Shown one piece after another: positions 1 through 11,339 of a DNA stretch of 64,000 nt. The position numbers and the translations under genes were made by a program. Within the stretch, counting starts at the first letter, position 1. Each line of letters starts with the position of its first letter. The stretch spans positions 248,001-312,000 of the forward strand of contig CDRNVI010000066.1 in the NCBI GenBank assembly GCA_977017575.1. Reading direction: 5' to 3'. Source of the DNA: Paramoeba atlantica (Eukaryota > Protista > Discosea). The notes under the pieces were generated by a model, which saw nothing but the letters and a program-made list of their open reading frames with translations, was not told the DNA's origin and did not search any database.

Positions 1-51
1 AAGTTCTTTTCTTGCCATAATAGATAAAGGCTCGCAACAGAAGCCTACATG

Positions 52-150
52 TATAATATTGTTGTCAGACTCACATCAGGAGCCTATATTATTGTTGTCA
101 GACTCACATCAGGAGCCTATATTATTGTTGTCAGACTCACATCAGGAGCG
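52..150. repeat. 33-bp tandem repeat x3
   Basis: TATATTATTGTTGTCAGACTCACATCAGGAGCC repeated head-to-tail three times with no spacers. Confidence 0.9.
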
Positions 151-170
151 TACCTTATCAACTAATGTGC

Positions 171-385
171 CCCCCACTTATAGTACCGCGGTTTTCGACC
201 GAACGGCACTGCTTTAATTCTAATTACCCTTAATTGAAGTTTCACCGGTAACCCGCCCACATTTTCCTGTGCCCCCCCACTTATAGTGCCGCGGTTTTCG
301 ACCAAACGGCACTATACAGTGAGTGTTAAGCCCCACAGCGAGTGTAAGTGGGGGGGTACCCCGCGGCACTATAAGTGGGTGGGGG
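171..385. repeat. Dispersed ~40-bp direct repeats plus a partial inverted copy (possible subterminal region of a DNA element)
   Basis: CCCCCACTTATAGT(A/G)CCGCGGTTTTCGACC(G/A)AACGGCACT at ~171-210 and ~274-313; inverted CCGCGGCACTATAAGTGGG at ~361-380. Confidence 0.5.
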
Positions 386-1540
386 CACAGTAATATCAAA
401 CTTTTTAGGGTGGACACTTTAATATCAAAATTGCCAGCTTAATATCAAACTTTGATTTTGATATTGGAGTGAACCGCGGTTTAAATAGGGTGTAATGGGA
501 CAATAATTTTTTTGAACATAAATCGGGAAAAGAAAATCGGCGCCGCTGCGCGGCGCCTGTTTTGTCTGACTGACAATTGTGTAGGGTGGGGTGAATTCAC
601 TATATTTTCCCACATGACAAATAAGTAGGGGGGTGGGAGGGTGACAATTATGTAGGGGGGGCATAGTAAGTCCACATTATTTGTAAGTAAGATAAAGGAT
701 TCGTGCGCGAGTTGTACGATTCAATACTGTTCAATACTATTGTCGACGCAGTTCGTCAAATCAGGAGCACTCCACTGCTTACGGAGCGGGGAGAAAGGGA
801 AGAGTATCGACCTCTGAGGGAAGATGTCCGACACAACAATATTGATCAATATTAATAAAAGGCAGGGTAGGGGAGGGCATCGAAGAACAGGTTAGGTAAG
901 GACGTGCCAAGTAAGATCTAACCCAAAAGTTATAATTTTTTTGCAGCGTCTTCGCTCATCATAGAAAGTAGCTTGTGTCTAATTAGATTGTCTAATTAAA
1001 TTGAATGTCTAATTAATTTTTATTAAAGCATTTAAAGCATTTAAAAAACGAAAAAGACGTTTGAGCACATTTTTTAGTTAACAAAGGGGTTAGCCTTACT
1101 TTTTCATGAAGCTGAAAAACGAGGATAAGTCAGGGGAGAAAAAAGTCACCCCCTGACTAAACAACTTCAGAAAAACTCAAAAATATAGAGAAATAAAGCT
1201 GCTATTCAAATCTAGTTCGCGCACTGCACATTTATTGACTCGTATACAGTGTATGTAGGCTCGTAAATATAGTTTACTAGTCTGCCTGTCTTCAAATTTT
1301 TCGGGGCAGAATAAAAGCTCTATAAAATGCAGCACAATGGCTGCGTTTCAAAAAAAGTGCATTATTCCTCTTCATAAAAAATAACATCGAATTCTCATTC
1401 ATTTTTTAATAAATAACACACTATTCTGAGTAAGGTATTAATAGTGTTCAATTAAATCTTAGCTACAAAATAGATTATTGGTAGATTAAAAGGTTATTAT
1501 TGATTTCATGAATTTAGCAGCATGACACGCAAAACAACTT

Positions 1541-3109
1541 TTAAACACTACAATTACGACGATGCCATGCATTTGGACCGTATCGCTCAAGCATTGACGG
1601 ATCGGCAAATATTCTTTTCCGACACGCAGCCTCGCCACACACACAATCAAAAGGTTTCATAATTTCATCACGAAACGTAGCATAATCGATAGTCAGTTCT
1701 TCACCTTTCACGATGTCACGAGAGGCAATAATATTGAGCGAATTCGGTGCCTCAAACATCGTATTCGGGGAGCAACTATGACTAATTGGACGCCACTTTG
1801 TGTGGTCCTCGTCCCGCACTACATAGAGATGCCGGTCGTCGGACAAAGGCCAAGCGTATCGCTCAAAATTGGCCTTATCATCACCCCTCCAGTGCTTCGT
1901 GACGTGAGCCAACGTCGCAATAGACATAGGCCTTCCTTCGTCGACAAAGACTGGACCAAATTGAAGAACATTCCGAGTTGCTTTCAAGTAATATCCTTTT
2001 TTTTTGCTGTAAACAGCCTGATATGCAGGACATCTATTCTTACAAGTCAGAACGGCGCTTTGAATGAGTGTTGTGGCGAACTGCCGAGGTCCAAAATCAG
2101 ACTCAAATTTCAATATCCAATCCGCAGAACTTTCTAGACCTGGTGGGTATAACACGCCACAATTCGGGTTTATCTCCAGAAAGAAAACCTCTCCAGTGCT
2201 TCTGCGCACTCTGAGATCGCATCTCCCGTAGCCTATGCCCCCCAAAATCTTTTCGAATGCTACTTTGCCTACGCGCATCATTTCTTGACAAAGAGTATCT
2301 GATTTTTCAACCGGAAACCATTCAATACCTTCGTAGTTAATCCATTTCAAATTAAAATGTTTAAAATCTTCACCTTCAGGAAACTTCATTTGGGCAGGAG
2401 GCAAGACCTTCGTACCCTCAGGAGTCTGAAGAGCGAGTACCGTAACTTCGTCTCCTTCAATGAATTCTTCCACCATTGCAATGTTTGAACGTGATATAAA
2501 TGTTTCTATTTGACTTAGGACATCTTCGTAGTTTCGGCACTTGCTTTGCTTTGTGAGCCCTTCGCTTGCACAACCATGGGGATGCTTTACAATCATTGGA
2601 AATTTTAGCGCATGCAATTCAGTCTGCAAGGCAATAATGGTTTCAGGTGTCTCATCAAAGACAACGTAAGGAGGCACCTTTATTCTGTTGAAATGTGCAA
2701 TTAGCTTCATCTCAGGTTTACTTGGATCGAAATGTTTCGCGTCTGCGCCTGTGTAGGGAACTCCAAATTCTTCAAGAGCACGCACTACCTCTACGCCAGC
2801 CCGGTCCTCGTCCTTACCTCCATCGCACAAATTAAAGAAGCAATCATAATTTCCATTGTGGACCAGAGATCGAATAACGCGGTACGAGGTAGCCTTATGC
2901 AGTTGAACCAAATCAAAGATATACTGTGGATTACAAGAATGCTGAAAAGAACCGTGCTTCTGATTATCTAAAAAATCTTTCACATTCGCTTGCGTCCCAA
3001 TCGTTTCACACTCTGGAAAATAATGTGCCGGAGTACAAATGTAATCATCATACTGGGCACTATCCGAGGTGCTTTCATCATACGAGCTGAGTAGAACACA
3101 CACTTTCAT
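1541..3109 (-). CDS. ATP-grasp (D-Ala-D-Ala ligase-like) + SET/post-SET fusion protein
   Basis: The first true ATG is at 3109 (MKVCVLL). ATP-grasp motifs: NLCDG..EDRAG, PMIVKHPHGCASEGL, VEEFIEGDEVTV, GYGRCDLRV, FLEINPNCG. C-terminal SET motifs: ISHSCSPN, GEELTIDY. Post-SET: CVCGEAAC. Confidence 0.85.
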   Translation of the reverse strand: MKVCVLLSSYDESTSDSAQYDDYICTPAHYFPECETIGTQANVKDFLDNQKHGSFQHSCNPQYIFDLVQLHKATSYRVIRSLVHNGNYDCFFNLCDGGKDEDRAGVEVVRALEEFGVPYTGADAKHFDPSKPEMKLIAHFNRIKVPPYVVFDETPETIIALQTELHALKFPMIVKHPHGCASEGLTKQSKCRNYEDVLSQIETFISRSNIAMVEEFIEGDEVTVLALQTPEGTKVLPPAQMKFPEGEDFKHFNLKWINYEGIEWFPVEKSDTLCQEMMRVGKVAFEKILGGIGYGRCDLRVRRSTGEVFFLEINPNCGVLYPPGLESSADWILKFESDFGPRQFATTLIQSAVLTCKNRCPAYQAVYSKKKGYYLKATRNVLQFGPVFVDEGRPMSIATLAHVTKHWRGDDKANFERYAWPLSDDRHLYVVRDEDHTKWRPISHSCSPNTMFEAPNSLNIIASRDIVKGEELTIDYATFRDEIMKPFDCVCGEAACRKRIFADPSMLERYGPNAWHRRNCSV

Positions 3110-3785
3110 TACAGGAGAGATATGTATATTCTTTTCAGGCAAATAATATTTTTCTTAAATGAGAGACGTTCACCCGTTCTACCTACCATCCTTTATAAAC
3201 CCCTCGACACCGATACAAGTGCAGTTCATAAATGCATAGGACAACGCTATAAGCGCATGTTTGCATAGCCCCTCAAGTGTTTCTCTCTCTTCCCCTTCCA
3301 CCTTTTTGAGTACAAAATAGCAAACAATTTTATGCAACAAAATCATTTTAATTAAAAACAATTGAATTTTTGTAAGATTTAAAACGTAATCTCACGTAAA
3401 CTCTAAACAATAATGTATAAAAAGGGAATATCATTCACAAGTTCGTTTTTTTGGATCCAAATATTTTGGTCGACAATTCGCTGTACAGTGAAACAGTGGA
3501 GTGTAAGAGACTGTCCGTTTTGTACGAAGCCACGAGGGACCTGTGGAAGAGGATCAGTCAAAAGGTATCGTAGGGCGATGAAGTTGAGTGAGGAAAATGA
3601 AGAACTTCTTAGCGGATGTCCTTCCTTTAGCATAAAATGTGTCCTTCCTTTATTATAAACTCGGGCATCCCTGTTCCCTGACTACAAGGGAATGTACAGC
3701 CAGGGAAATGAAATACGTAGTACATTTTTTAAAAATGGGTAAAAATTTTACCTAACTTCTCGGATCTAGCATTGCAGGAATGTGC

Positions 3786-5402
3786 CTAGGCGAAAAATAC
3801 AAAGGGGGTACGCCGATTTTCTCCCAATGCTATAACAGTGACAAAAGGCCTTTTTTCCGGTGAGGGCACATTCTGATAAAGGGATTTCAATGCCTCAGTC
3901 AATTGGTCCAAAGATATTATCTTATTTATGTGCACAAAGGTGAAGGACTTCTTTTTCTGCAATATGCTAGCTGCCCAATCACTTTTGGCATTCACGCTCT
4001 TATGTGTACAAAAACTTGTTGTAAATGAGTCTAGGGGAAATCCTGCGATGTTTTTTGGGAGAAACACATTACACAGACAAGATGGCTGAGAATCAATACT
4101 CTTTTCGTTGTCGTCTAAAAAATGATTATTGCTGCACGACGCAACGATGTTGCTACAGTACGAGTGTGTCGTAATGCCCTGGCCCTGTAGATGACACAGA
4201 AAACGACTCTTCACAGCATTCATAGATAATTCTTTATTTCGAGGTGAGCATTCAAGCTTTAAATTGGACCCGAAGTGAATTCCTTTCGATAATTTAAGAC
4301 AAAAAAGATCTGCCGTTGCAAGGGCATCTTCCACGCTGTCGTGGCCGAGCGCTGGATTATTCTGAATAGTACGATTAAGTAGAACCCTGCATAACGTTTT
4401 TAGTGAGTATTGCGGACTGCGCCTCGTATTTATACCTTCTATTTCGGAATTCGACCCTCTGGGATAAAGCAAGGTAAGTTCTGCAATTCTTGAATGTTGG
4501 ATGCGCAGAGCCTTTAAATCATTGATGATGCTGTGTCCGACAAGAATCGTATCCTCGAAAATCAAATTCGCCAATAAATAAGATTGCACGTCATGTATGG
4601 TCGTCTTTACCCCCAGCAATTTTTTTCTTGTTATTCCACTGTAAGCCGTTAAATAGTTTGTAACCGGGTTTTCTGGCTGTACAATTTCGTCATACACAAC
4701 TGAACGAGTTGTACAATCCACGATCGAGACTCTCGCGAGCTCTTGCCCATGTTGAGTTAGCACCATTTCACAATCAATGGCTAACAATTTTTCTGCGCTA
4801 CGTACTGTGCTTCTTGTGGGGGGCTGAGTTTTAATAAAATTTTGATTTTCAGCATGTGAGTCAATCCCTAGAATGAGCATATCTTCCGCCGATGCAAGCA
4901 AATGTTTTGCGCTACATAGTCGAAAAGGCAGATCCCTAGCCTCGTTAAATTGAATTTCGTTGGTAGAAACTTGAATTTGTTCTATGGGCATGTCCAAGTC
5001 CGTCTTGCGAAGGATTTTTGTAAGTTTGACCCCATTGCAAAAGAATTCTTCGCAGAATAGCTCAAATCGAGTATTGGCAATTCTGTTCGGAAGCTTCATG
5101 TCGAATTGATGCAAGTCACATATTCTTGACACATTCTCCTCTATCTCATCAATTACAAATAAAACTGCGATCCTTGGTGTTGTATCTGCAAATGATATCC
5201 ACTTCGGTGTACTCACGAGGGATTTGCTCAGAATTGAGGTAATCATGGATTGCACAATGCTCGGTTTGAGTATAACCGTAGAATCAAGTGTGATACAATA
5301 TGGTTTTTGAGAAAACACATTTCCTCTTTCGGCGCAAGTACAATGTAATTCATGTTTCTGGGAGTCGCCATTTTTTTCTAGCCCCACGTCCTTTCTAGTC
5401 AT
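3786..5402 (-). CDS. REX1/REXO-like DEDDh 3'-5' RNA exonuclease
   Basis: AIDCEMVLT..ELARVSIVD, VTNYLTAYSGIT, ILVGHSIINDLKAL, YSLKTLC..LLNRTIQ, GHDSVEDALATADL; uninterrupted 538-aa ORF. Confidence 0.88.
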   Translation of the reverse strand: MTRKDVGLEKNGDSQKHELHCTCAERGNVFSQKPYCITLDSTVILKPSIVQSMITSILSKSLVSTPKWISFADTTPRIAVLFVIDEIEENVSRICDLHQFDMKLPNRIANTRFELFCEEFFCNGVKLTKILRKTDLDMPIEQIQVSTNEIQFNEARDLPFRLCSAKHLLASAEDMLILGIDSHAENQNFIKTQPPTRSTVRSAEKLLAIDCEMVLTQHGQELARVSIVDCTTRSVVYDEIVQPENPVTNYLTAYSGITRKKLLGVKTTIHDVQSYLLANLIFEDTILVGHSIINDLKALRIQHSRIAELTLLYPRGSNSEIEGINTRRSPQYSLKTLCRVLLNRTIQNNPALGHDSVEDALATADLFCLKLSKGIHFGSNLKLECSPRNKELSMNAVKSRFLCHLQGQGITTHSYCSNIVASCSNNHFLDDNEKSIDSQPSCLCNVFLPKNIAGFPLDSFTTSFCTHKSVNAKSDWAASILQKKKSFTFVHINKIISLDQLTEALKSLYQNVPSPEKRPFVTVIALGENRRTPFVFFA

Positions 5403-6084
5403 GAATCGTAATGCTCATATAAGTCACGTTGTTAAAATTGTCATTCAATTTACTCTTGAAATTTACGACTCTCTTAGACCTTTCCCTATCATTCCCTCCC
5501 GTATTGTAAGCTACGGTGGTGCAGCTAATCATGGAAGTCCACTTATAGTCGAAGCTTACGGGTAACATACCGTATTAAGCTAACTAGGGATTTCCTTAGA
5601 TTTTTGTCGCTGTTTTGTACAAAAGACGAAATGTCGCCATTTTCAAGCGAATTAGAGTGTTCTGTACTTATTCGTCGCACCATAATACATGCGTGGCGAT
5701 AAATTTACACTGTAGTTGCGGTGGTTGTATAACTACCGCTCTACCCTCGATTATTGAAAAACAGTGAACATACAGAGGAAGTGTATAAAGAGGAACACAA
5801 TAGTATAATAAAGGAAAAAAAAATAAAAGGGGGCTCCGGTGGTCCAAAATTGAAACAAAATGAGAATGGAGGTCCAGGGGGGAGGCGGGCGGGGGAAGGC
5901 AGGGGGGGGGCAGGGGGGCTATGGGGGAAGTCCAGGTGTCACAGGGATTATGTCACCTAATGGCAAAAAAAGAAGGTAAATGATATTATCAAAGAAAGTG
6001 AACTAGTTCGAATATCAGGCTATGTCTTCAGTTCGATGAGTTTTTCATCGAATTGGATTTAAAGTACTTTCGTATGATTTTATG

Positions 6085-6240
6085 AGGTCCAGGGCGGGGA
6101 GGGCAGGGGGGGTCCGGGGCGGGGGGGTCCGGGGCAGGGGGGGTCCAGGGCGGGGGGGGCAGGGGGGGGGCAGGGGGGGGCAGGGGGGGGCAGGGGGGGG
6201 CAGGGGGGGCAGGGGGGGCAGGGGGGTTCCAGGGGGGGCG
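6085..6240 (+). repeat. G-rich tract of (CAGGGGGGG)n-like units; G-quadruplex potential
   Basis: More than 12 consecutive G runs of 4-8 nt separated by CA or TCC; a smaller G-rich patch lies at ~5875-5930. Confidence 0.8.
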
Positions 6241-7407
6241 CTCGCACATTGTTTAGGCTCTTCGTTAAACCGCGGTGGTTGTTTTCAACTTAGAAGTCAC
6301 TCATGTTGCGCGCTTCGCGTTGAAAACTACCACCGCGTTTAACGAAGAGCCTGAAAAACGCTCGGAAAGCCGAAGAAACCGGAAGGATTTGAGGCAAAAT
6401 AGCCGATTTTTACATACCTTAGCGAGTACGCAGTGTACGTACGATTTGTCGAGTACATGCGAGTACGTACTCGCATGTACTCGCTAAAAATAAATTTTGA
6501 TGTCGACCTCTTAGCTTTGGAAATCTAGGGGAATTGGGTTGGACACAGCCCTTTTTAATATGAGTAGCTATTCTTCTAACGGTCTCGTATATCACAAGGG
6601 ATGCAGTATCTTATATCTTGATGGTTCATGAACCAATGAACACAATGAACAACAAAAGGTGATAACCAGGAGATTTTAGTACCGCTACTAGCATAGCATG
6701 GTAACATCATGTAAAGAGCTCCGTATCTGTATAAGAGTTTTTCGAGGCGAAGCATGGACTTTGAAGCTCGATTGCCCTTCCCACATTCAGCGACAACATA
6801 GGCTTCAACTAAATTCATATTTTTTCAAATACCACGCGCTAAGGTTTCCTCGTCGTCCCGTCCAACCGGCGAAATTTTGTCATGTACAATCCGCGTCATA
6901 TTGATCCCCCCCTAAGGAAATTTTAGTTTTTTTATCCGATTTTGCTCATCTGTGCAGCATTCGGGAGATCTCTTTCCCATGGGAAAGTACTTTGCCACTG
7001 TTTTTACCCTTTAGCCAGACGCTTCGAAATAGTGGAAAATTACACGTTTTTTTACTAAAATTTTTGAATAGATTTAAAAATTGCTTATTTTTTAATGACT
7101 TTTTCTCCTTCCAGCACCCCGAAGAGGCCGAAACGGCACGTATGCTCATCTGAATCCCTTAAAAATACCGTTAGTTACATGAAAAATACGAATTCCTCGA
7201 AAAAAAGCTTTGTAGCTAAGCTGCGATCACACATGATTTTTGTCATTTTCCTAACTTTTTCTGTTTTTTCCTAACTTTGGGATTCTCTCCAGGGGGCACC
7301 GGTGAAAGTCAAGGACTTTTGCATAAGTAAAGGACTATTGCGGTGGTTGTTTACAACCTCTGCCTCTCCCTTCTTTATGCTGTCCGGGGTAGGGTGGATC
7401 CAGCAGG

Positions 7408-7686
7408 GTGAGAAGAAAGCGTGAGCTTTCTTCCCCGAACTATGAGGTACAGGCACAATCAGAGAACTCCGGAGAACATTCTGATAAGATTGGAAGTGTT
7501 GTAAAAAAGCAACATCAGACAATTAAATGTTACAATTGTCTGGAAGAAGGCCACTATGCCGCAAAATGTAAAAGCCCCACGTATTGCTATACCTGTGGAG
7601 GGAAGGTCGGACACAAATGTGGGAGTGAACAGTGTCCAGGCAAGACTAAGCGAAAGGCCTTCAATACGTGGAGACAAAGAGAGTGA
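7408..7686 (+). pseudogene. Gag/ORF1-like fragment with zinc knuckles
   Basis: CYNCLEEGHYAAKC (CCHC) followed by CYTCGGKVGHKCGSEQC; no ATG and no linked RT is visible. Confidence 0.6.
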
Positions 7687-8262
7687 CAGTGAAGTGAATA
7701 CATGATTGTCGTTTAAAAAGGGAGAAAAAAGAAATCTTACTTTGGGTGAAAAAGGTGAACAACGATGGGCGATTTGTTGGAAGTTATGTTTCACCAGCAC
7801 CTGCTCAGGGCAGTGAAGCGCACTTCCTGCAACGGGCGGAGGTCGGACGCCTACCCCAGAACTGCAGCACACGGACGAATGTTCGAGTAAATTTGTTTGT
7901 TTGTTTGTTTGGTACAAGAGCGCCTGCCATCCCCACAAGCAAGCGCCGCAAGTACCAACTCCGGCTCCCGGCTCAATCCGGGTACGGGGACGCAAGGCTC
8001 TCCTGGGGCGCTTCACTGGTGGCAAATAACACTCTGTAGTATAATATACCTACTATGTGCCAGTCCCACTAGGATGGTTCCCATTCAAGCACGTGCACCG
8101 CATTTATCATTCACTGCGTCAGAGCTTAAATGGACATTGATGACGTACTGCTTCTCGTACTTTATAAGCCTAAAATGTATACTTTTATAATTCTGCATGT
8201 ATGTATATTATATATAATAGATTACTATTACGCAGTATCGTGATATCGATCGTAAGTATTAG

Positions 8263-9475
8263 CAGGGTTCGCAGAAACTATAATATAGTAAAATATAGTT
8301 TTTTTTATTGAATATAGTTACTATATAGTACTATATTTACTGTATTTTACTATAAAACTATAAGAAAACTATAAACTTTTGCTGCATTCCAAATGGCATT
8401 TTTTGTGTAAGTGAGTAACACACACGCGTTTTTATACGTCCATCGTCACTCCACCTCCGCACTTAGCCTACCCAAAGCTAAAAGAAATATAGCCCAAACT
8501 CGAAGTATCCGTTTTTAGTAAATAGTGGATAAGTCTACTCGCTCGTAGCAATTGCGCTCTGAATGCAACTGCGTCTGAAACTACGTGCGCCACAAAAATT
8601 CGATCGGCGTAAAGCTCCTCTATAACCCCTTTTAATAGAAGTTGAAAGGCGGATGCATCACTTGCGGGCATGGGTCTGACGGTCCAACACATAGACACAC
8701 CATTGTTGATCATTGTAACGGCGCAGGTCGTACGATGGTGAAAAGTGGCTGTGTCTAAACACAAAACTCACATCCGAAAATTTAAAAACAAGGTCAACGC
8801 ATCTTTACTCTAGTTTGCTTAGCATACTCAATGGTCAGTTCGTTTAATTTTTCCCTTCGAGGTGGAGTGGGACACATGCCTCGTACAATTCTGTTAAGAA
8901 ACAAAGGATGCTCAAGAGCTGCGGTTGAAATTCCGAACTCTGCTTTCCAAACTATTATATCCTTATGGTCCTGAGGTTTGGACGCTTGTGAAGAGATGTT
9001 TAACGTCGGATTTGCACGTCGACGCTTTTTGTTTTGTTCAGCACACCAGGTATCATATTTTTTGTCGTGTTTCACTAAGTGCTTCTCTGCGGAATGATAA
9101 TCTGTCGATAGTCCTCTTGGAACCAAAAAACGCTTCTTACTTCCCTCCTCACACAGGTTGCATTCCACCGCTGGTTTCTGTCCTTCCGTGCGCGGTACTT
9201 CACTAAAATAGTCTTTACAGAAATTTCCCCTCGTCAGTTTCGTTTCGGGCATCTGTTTCGGTTTTAAAATGAAGAAAAATTAAGAAAAAAAGGGATAAAA
9301 ACACATTTGCATATGAATAGGATGCGTCAAAGGGCTTAAAAGCACCTTGAAATACGAAGAAAAAGAATATAGTTTTTTATAGTTTTTGAAAAAAGTTTAT
9401 AGTAACTATATAGTACTATATTGATAGTTTTATACAGTAGTTTTTGTACTATATTGGTAGTTTCTGCGAACCCTG
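8263..9475 (-). mobile_element. Internally deleted hAT DNA transposon (1213 bp)
   Basis: TIR CAGGGTTCGCAGAAACTA at both ends; 8-bp TSD AGTATTAG at 8255-8262 and 9476-9483; ACTATA/TATAGT-rich subterminal repeats. Confidence 0.92.
8468..9252 (-). pseudogene. Truncated hAT transposase (BED zinc finger + start of catalytic domain)
   Basis: 8794-9252 YFSE..VECNLCE..AEKHLVKH (BED finger); 8468-8764 LKGVIEELYADRIFVAHVVSDA (VVSD catalytic-strand-like). Confidence 0.7.
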
Positions 9476-9697
9476 AGTATTAGCACACTTAGGAAGAAGG
9501 TGGACATAAGAAATGTATACATCTTGAGGTGATGTGTATACACGCATTAGAGTGTATGTCATAAGTGTCTATGAACTGTTTATCACTAATGTAATAATAA
9601 TACATGTGGATATGAGATAAAGCTTCATATAATAATACCATGCGGATATGAGATAAAGCTTCCACTTATGCTTATAATGAGGAGGTATGGACAATTT

Positions 9698-10290
9698 CTA
9701 CTTGTTTCTGCTTAGAAATGTTATTCCATACAATTTGTAAATTTGCCACGCCGTTTGAAGCTGTTCCCATGTTCTTGTACGACGAAAATCATACTCGGTG
9801 CGGCTGTACTCTTTTTGTGGGCGGGTCCCAATATCTGCGAGATTCATTTCGCTTGCGATGTCAGCTAAGACAATTCGCCCGTGAAAATATTGATGAACTC
9901 GTATTATGGAATCCAGTGCTTCAATTTTTGAAAATCCTTTGGCGAACGCACGAGACGCGGCCGTGTTATCGCTCGTAATTATTATGTTCGCGAATCCGCT
10001 GCGCACTGCGATGCTTATCGCTTTGGATATGGCTATCGCCTCGGCCAATACAATATCTAACTGAAACTCTTGCTCTAAGACGTTTTCTTTTATGGGGAAT
10101 CCGTCCTTCATAGGCCAAACGGCCCAGCGCTTTGTGGTCGCGTCTACAACGGCGAAGAGGGTTCGCTTATGTTCACACCTGCGATACATGGTGCATGTCT
10201 CGGGGAGTTGAGTTTGCGCGGATGATGCGTAGGGCAGTTTTTAATAGGACCTCTCGTTCGCCCTGTTCTAAGATTATCCCATCCCAATTT
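9698..10290 (-). mobile_element. YR-retrotransposon RT-RH linker and RNase H fragment (divergent family)
   Basis: VVDAT / LAEAIAI / TSDNTAA / MNLADIG catalytic D-E-D-D pattern. Upstream frame reads WDGIILEQGEREVLLKTALRIIRANSTP, like a DIRS-type linker. Confidence 0.65.
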
Positions 10291-10990
10291 TCTCGGGAGA
10301 TCGAAGTGACATTGACTAGTGGAGGAGAATCGTTGTACGGAGTTCGCTAATGCCTGTAGTACCATGTTATGCCGTAGGGTATACCTCCCTTGTTCGAGTG
10401 CCTTCCTACAACCAGATAGAATATGCCGCGTAGTTTGTGTCTCGGTGTCACAGATGGGACATTTATCGCTCGCATGTGTCGATACTCCCCACCTACGAAG
10501 AGATGCCCTGGTTGGGAGCGGCGTCTCGGTAAGCACTGAGGATGTGAACCGCGAAAGCGATTCACTCTTAAGGTTGCATAGGGCGGCGGCGAAGTCTCTC
10601 GCAAGGTGTGCTTCCGTTGCGATTCTAAACCATCGTCCTGCTACGGCAGTACGCCGTTGGACGGCTTCCGTGAGGTGTCGCTCGTATTCGCTTCCAAGGA
10701 GTCTTCGGACGCTACAATGGCTTGTACTGTGCATATCCGTCGGTGGGCGAATATATCCTGCTCTCCTTTTGTTCGCTTCTCGCCTGATGCGCTCACGTAA
10801 AGCGTGCTGGACCTCGGGATCACGCGATTTATCCATTTGTTCCATTGTCCCCACAGTGGAAAGAAGCCAAAGTTTTGACAGACTCATGAGATTCCAGCCA
10901 TGCTCTGAATAGAGCAGCTCACTAGTTGCTGATTTCGCTACGTTTAACCATTTCCGAATTTCGCGTGTGGCGCATCGCTGTAGCCGAAGT
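10291..10990 (-). mobile_element. HERO-like RLE-type non-LTR retrotransposon fragment (post-RT region and CCHC knuckle; RLE missing)
   Basis: CPICDTETQTTRHILSGCRKALEQGRYTLRHNMVLQAL; upstream FGKWLNVAKSATSELLYS and MDKSRDPEV. Confidence 0.65.
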
Positions 10991-11339
10991 ACGTGATTGA
11001 AGGTAAGGCATGAGTTTACGACGAAGGAATACCGCAGACGAGAGATGATGCCGTTATTGATAGATGTGTGTTAAAAGTCTTAAATTTTTAGTATTTGCCT
11101 TGTTTTGATTGCAGTTCGAGAGCTTACTTCATCACATGATTTCTTTTTCATGTGCACCAAGTCACACAGCACGATACGTGATGAGGTCGAGGATTGACTT
11201 TGCAATCCCTTCCTCGCGAAGCGTCACCCGGCATACAACATAGTCGTCGTAGGTCCAAACATTGAAAAACAAAATTGAAAAAAATGGGGGGTCCAGGGGG
11301 GGCATATGCTCTTTAAAAATTTTATGTTTCGAAATCCAG

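Noticed and set aside
52-150. 33-bp repeats as a CRISPR array
   Set aside because: Repeats are contiguous with no spacers, there are no cas genes, and the context is eukaryotic.
3413-3658. 81-aa ORF with CxxC between the two host genes
   Set aside because: Short, opposite strand to both neighbours, no recognisable family.
6028-6342. Pro-rich / Gly-Arg-rich ORFs
   Set aside because: Translation of the G tract; no ATG context or domain.
6576-6818. Possible transposase or polymerase fragment
   Set aside because: No motif I can assign with confidence.
9433-9459. TACAGTAGTTTTTGTACTATATTGGTAG resembles a trypanosomatid SL exon end plus GT
   Set aside because: It lies in the ACTATA-rich hAT subterminal repeats and does not match the CCTTGTTG-ending leader seen nine times here; most likely chance.
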